From Carcharhinus amblyrhynchos (taxonomy: Eukaryota), in the NCBI GenBank assembly GCA_965287045.1, contig OZ336889.1, positions 44,578,001-44,642,000 of the forward strand: 64,000 nt of DNA, given 5' to 3'. Below are positions 61,565 to 64,000 of this stretch, one piece after another. The notes beneath the pieces are model-generated. The model did not search any database and was not told where the DNA came from. It saw only the letters and a list, made by a program, of their open reading frames with translations. The translations under genes were made by a program, and so were the position numbers. Numbering within the stretch: position 1 is the first letter of the stretch; each line of letters opens with the position of its first letter.

Positions 61565-64000
61565 ATAGCTGGGCTCAGAACTTCGGCGATTTTCTGGAGT
61601 GTGTGCAGTTATATGATAGGGTAAAGGGGCATTTTAATTACGAGTGAAGCTCATTTCACTGGAAGCTTCCGGTCTGACCTGCTGGGAACGTGCAGAATTT
61701 TGAACCATCTGATCCAGCCGGCAGTGCGAGGAGTTGATTGAGAATGCGATTGCTAGAAAGATGGAATGTTTCCCTTCGCTTAGCCAGTGTTAGGAGTGGA
61801 GTGCCCGAGCTGTATGAACACTGCGAGCGGAACTATAATTAGCAAGTCAATAGACATTTCAAAAGTGAAAAAACAGGCATGCAAATGAGCTAAATGGGGA
61901 AGTTTGTACAAGCTACAATCGGCCACCTAGTGTGGTCTCTTATTCCATGATTGTATGAAGGGACACATTGGTTCAGGCTCTTTCATACGCTGCCCCTGTA
62001 GTCTGGTTTAAAGGGTTAGAATTGCATTCAAAGCGTTTACATCAGGCTGTTTCATTCCATTTAAAGCAAGATTGCATTATGATTGCGGAATTATAGTGTG
62101 GTGACTGGGTGCGACTCACTCCCACTGGTCCCCAAACTCACTGAAAACCGTTCAGTACAAGATTCTCAGCCTAATATTTTGCATTAATCCCGGGTGTGCA
62201 AAATAACCATATTGTTGCCGGAATTCCGCCAGTCATAATCGACCCTGATTGTTACTGGATCACATAGTAACAAACATCAATGATGTGCGGAATATTTGAT
62301 TTCTTCGGAAATTACGGTTCATTTTCTTCCCATCCAATCAGTTGTTTTGGAATGTCCCGGAATAAGGTTGTCAGGTTTTTGAGTATTGTTGTGGACTCGT
62401 TCAGATTGTTGTTGGTTCTCTGAGTGTCAGTTCGTAGTAATAGAACAAAAGATGGAGATTACTGCCAATATTGATTCATGGGATGTGATCAGAAAGGTAA
62501 CATTCATTTCACCACCCCCATCTCCCACGCCTATCATCCACGGATACAGTGACGGTGAGCCGCATTATCAAACCGATGTCGTCCATGTGTCATAGGTACA
62601 CCGCAGAGCTGTTAGGAAGGGAGTTAAGAGGTTTTGGCCAGGCGACAGTGAAGGAAAGGCGGTACAGTTCTACTCTGGTATGCTGTGTGGCTTGTTGGGG
62701 GTTTGCCACCTGGTGTTGTAGCCGTGCATCTGGTGCCCGTGTGTTCGTCCAGTGGAAGACATGGCTGGTTTGGAAGCTGTTGTCGGAGTTCCGGCAGTGT
62801 ACCTTATAGATATCCACACTGTAGCGCCTGTACGTCAATGAGGGAGAAAAGCAATATAATATATTCGCAAAATCATAGAATGGTATATCTTTGGAAAATT
62901 GTTGCAGTCTAGTTGGCCAATCGTGTCTGCACTGGTTCACAAGGAACAATCTAACATTTATTCATTAGCCTTTAAATTACACATTCTATGTTCGTTTAAG
63001 TGTCCATTAATTTGCCAATAACAGCCTCTCCGGCAGTAGGTTCCACATCCCCAAACCCTCTGCGTGAAACGATTCCTTTCCAATCTCCGCGAAACCTTCT
63101 ACTTCTAACGACAAATCCAAGTCCTGTTCTTATCGACCCCTCAACCATTGGCAATACTGTTTTCCGGTCCATTCTGCCCAGACACCTCAGAATATTATGC
63201 CTTCAATTGGGTTTATTTTCAGCCTCGTCTGTTCCGAAGAAAAGGGACAATTCAATACTTACTTATAACTAAATATTCCATTCCAGCCGACATCCCTCTA
63301 GATCTCCCTGTACTCGTTCTCGTACAATTACATTTTTCCTATGCATCTTTCCAGCAGTTTCAGCATAACCTCAAAGTTCTAACAATCTCTACCTCAGCTT
63401 ATAAATGTAAATGCCTCCTATGCCTTCTTTGCTACTATATCCAGTTGCTCAGCCGCCTTCAGAATCTGTGGACCTGCGTTTTCTGTTCACTAATTTTCTC
63501 TACATTTCTCGGCATTTTCCCATCTGTACAGTGTACTCGCTTGTCTTGTTGGTTTTCCTGAAGTGCAGTTCCTCACACTTTTCGGCATTTAATTCCATTT
63601 GTCGCCGGTGCACTAATCTAACTAGTCCATTGTCTTCCTGCATTATCCAGCTTTCTTGTTCGCAACCACACTGCCAAATTTGTATCACCGAACAACAATC
63701 ATACAGGCACTCATTGATATACGGACCCTTTGTTCCCTGCCACTGAGCCAATTTCGGATCCAACCTGTTCATCCTATGTGTGAACTTAACAAGGGCCTTG
63801 TTAAAATCCATGTAGACTATGCGAAAAATATTGCCGTCATTCACCGCTTCATACTACCTGCTCAAAAATACCAATTAACGCTTTGGGGTGAGATTTACCG
63901 GCAGCAAAGCCGTGATCGCTATATTTGATTATGCCGCGTTTATTCCATTAGTTCTCCCTTCAGTGAGGTTAAGTTCACTGGCCTATAATTATGCCACCCC
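61565..64000 (+). repeat. Start of tandem unit 4 (J-C intron of gene B')
   Basis: Near-identical to 36377-38812. Confidence 0.95.

Overview
Eukaryotic genomic DNA, by protein similarity almost certainly from a cartilaginous fish (shark). The window is a head-to-tail tandem array of immunoglobulin light-chain clusters of the lambda-like (type II) class, all on the + strand, with a basic unit of about 17.5 kb. Each unit has an octamer promoter, a leader exon, a VJ exon already joined in frame with no RSS, a ~4.3 kb J-C intron and one C exon, followed by ~12 kb of spacer rich in decayed LINE/SINE fragments. There are two complete intact genes (V type A 16807-21991; V type B 35677-40869), a C exon whose VJ lies just left of the window (4169-4491), and a second type-B leader+VJ whose C lies right of the window (60865-61397). 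The organisation itself is known biology and I found no evidence for a wholly new system. The notable observations concern array dynamics. Units appear to alternate A/B. A junction at ~52535 (3-bp microhomology in a TCTA microsatellite) accounts for one missing A-type gene. Two young, copy-specific CR1 LINE insertions have resolvable empty sites. The A and B VJ exons diverge mostly by replacement changes in the loops. The J-C intron carries a candidate enhancer, and each unit has convergent CTCF-like motifs. All alignments and counts were done by eye; repeat-family names come from remembered motifs, not a database search.
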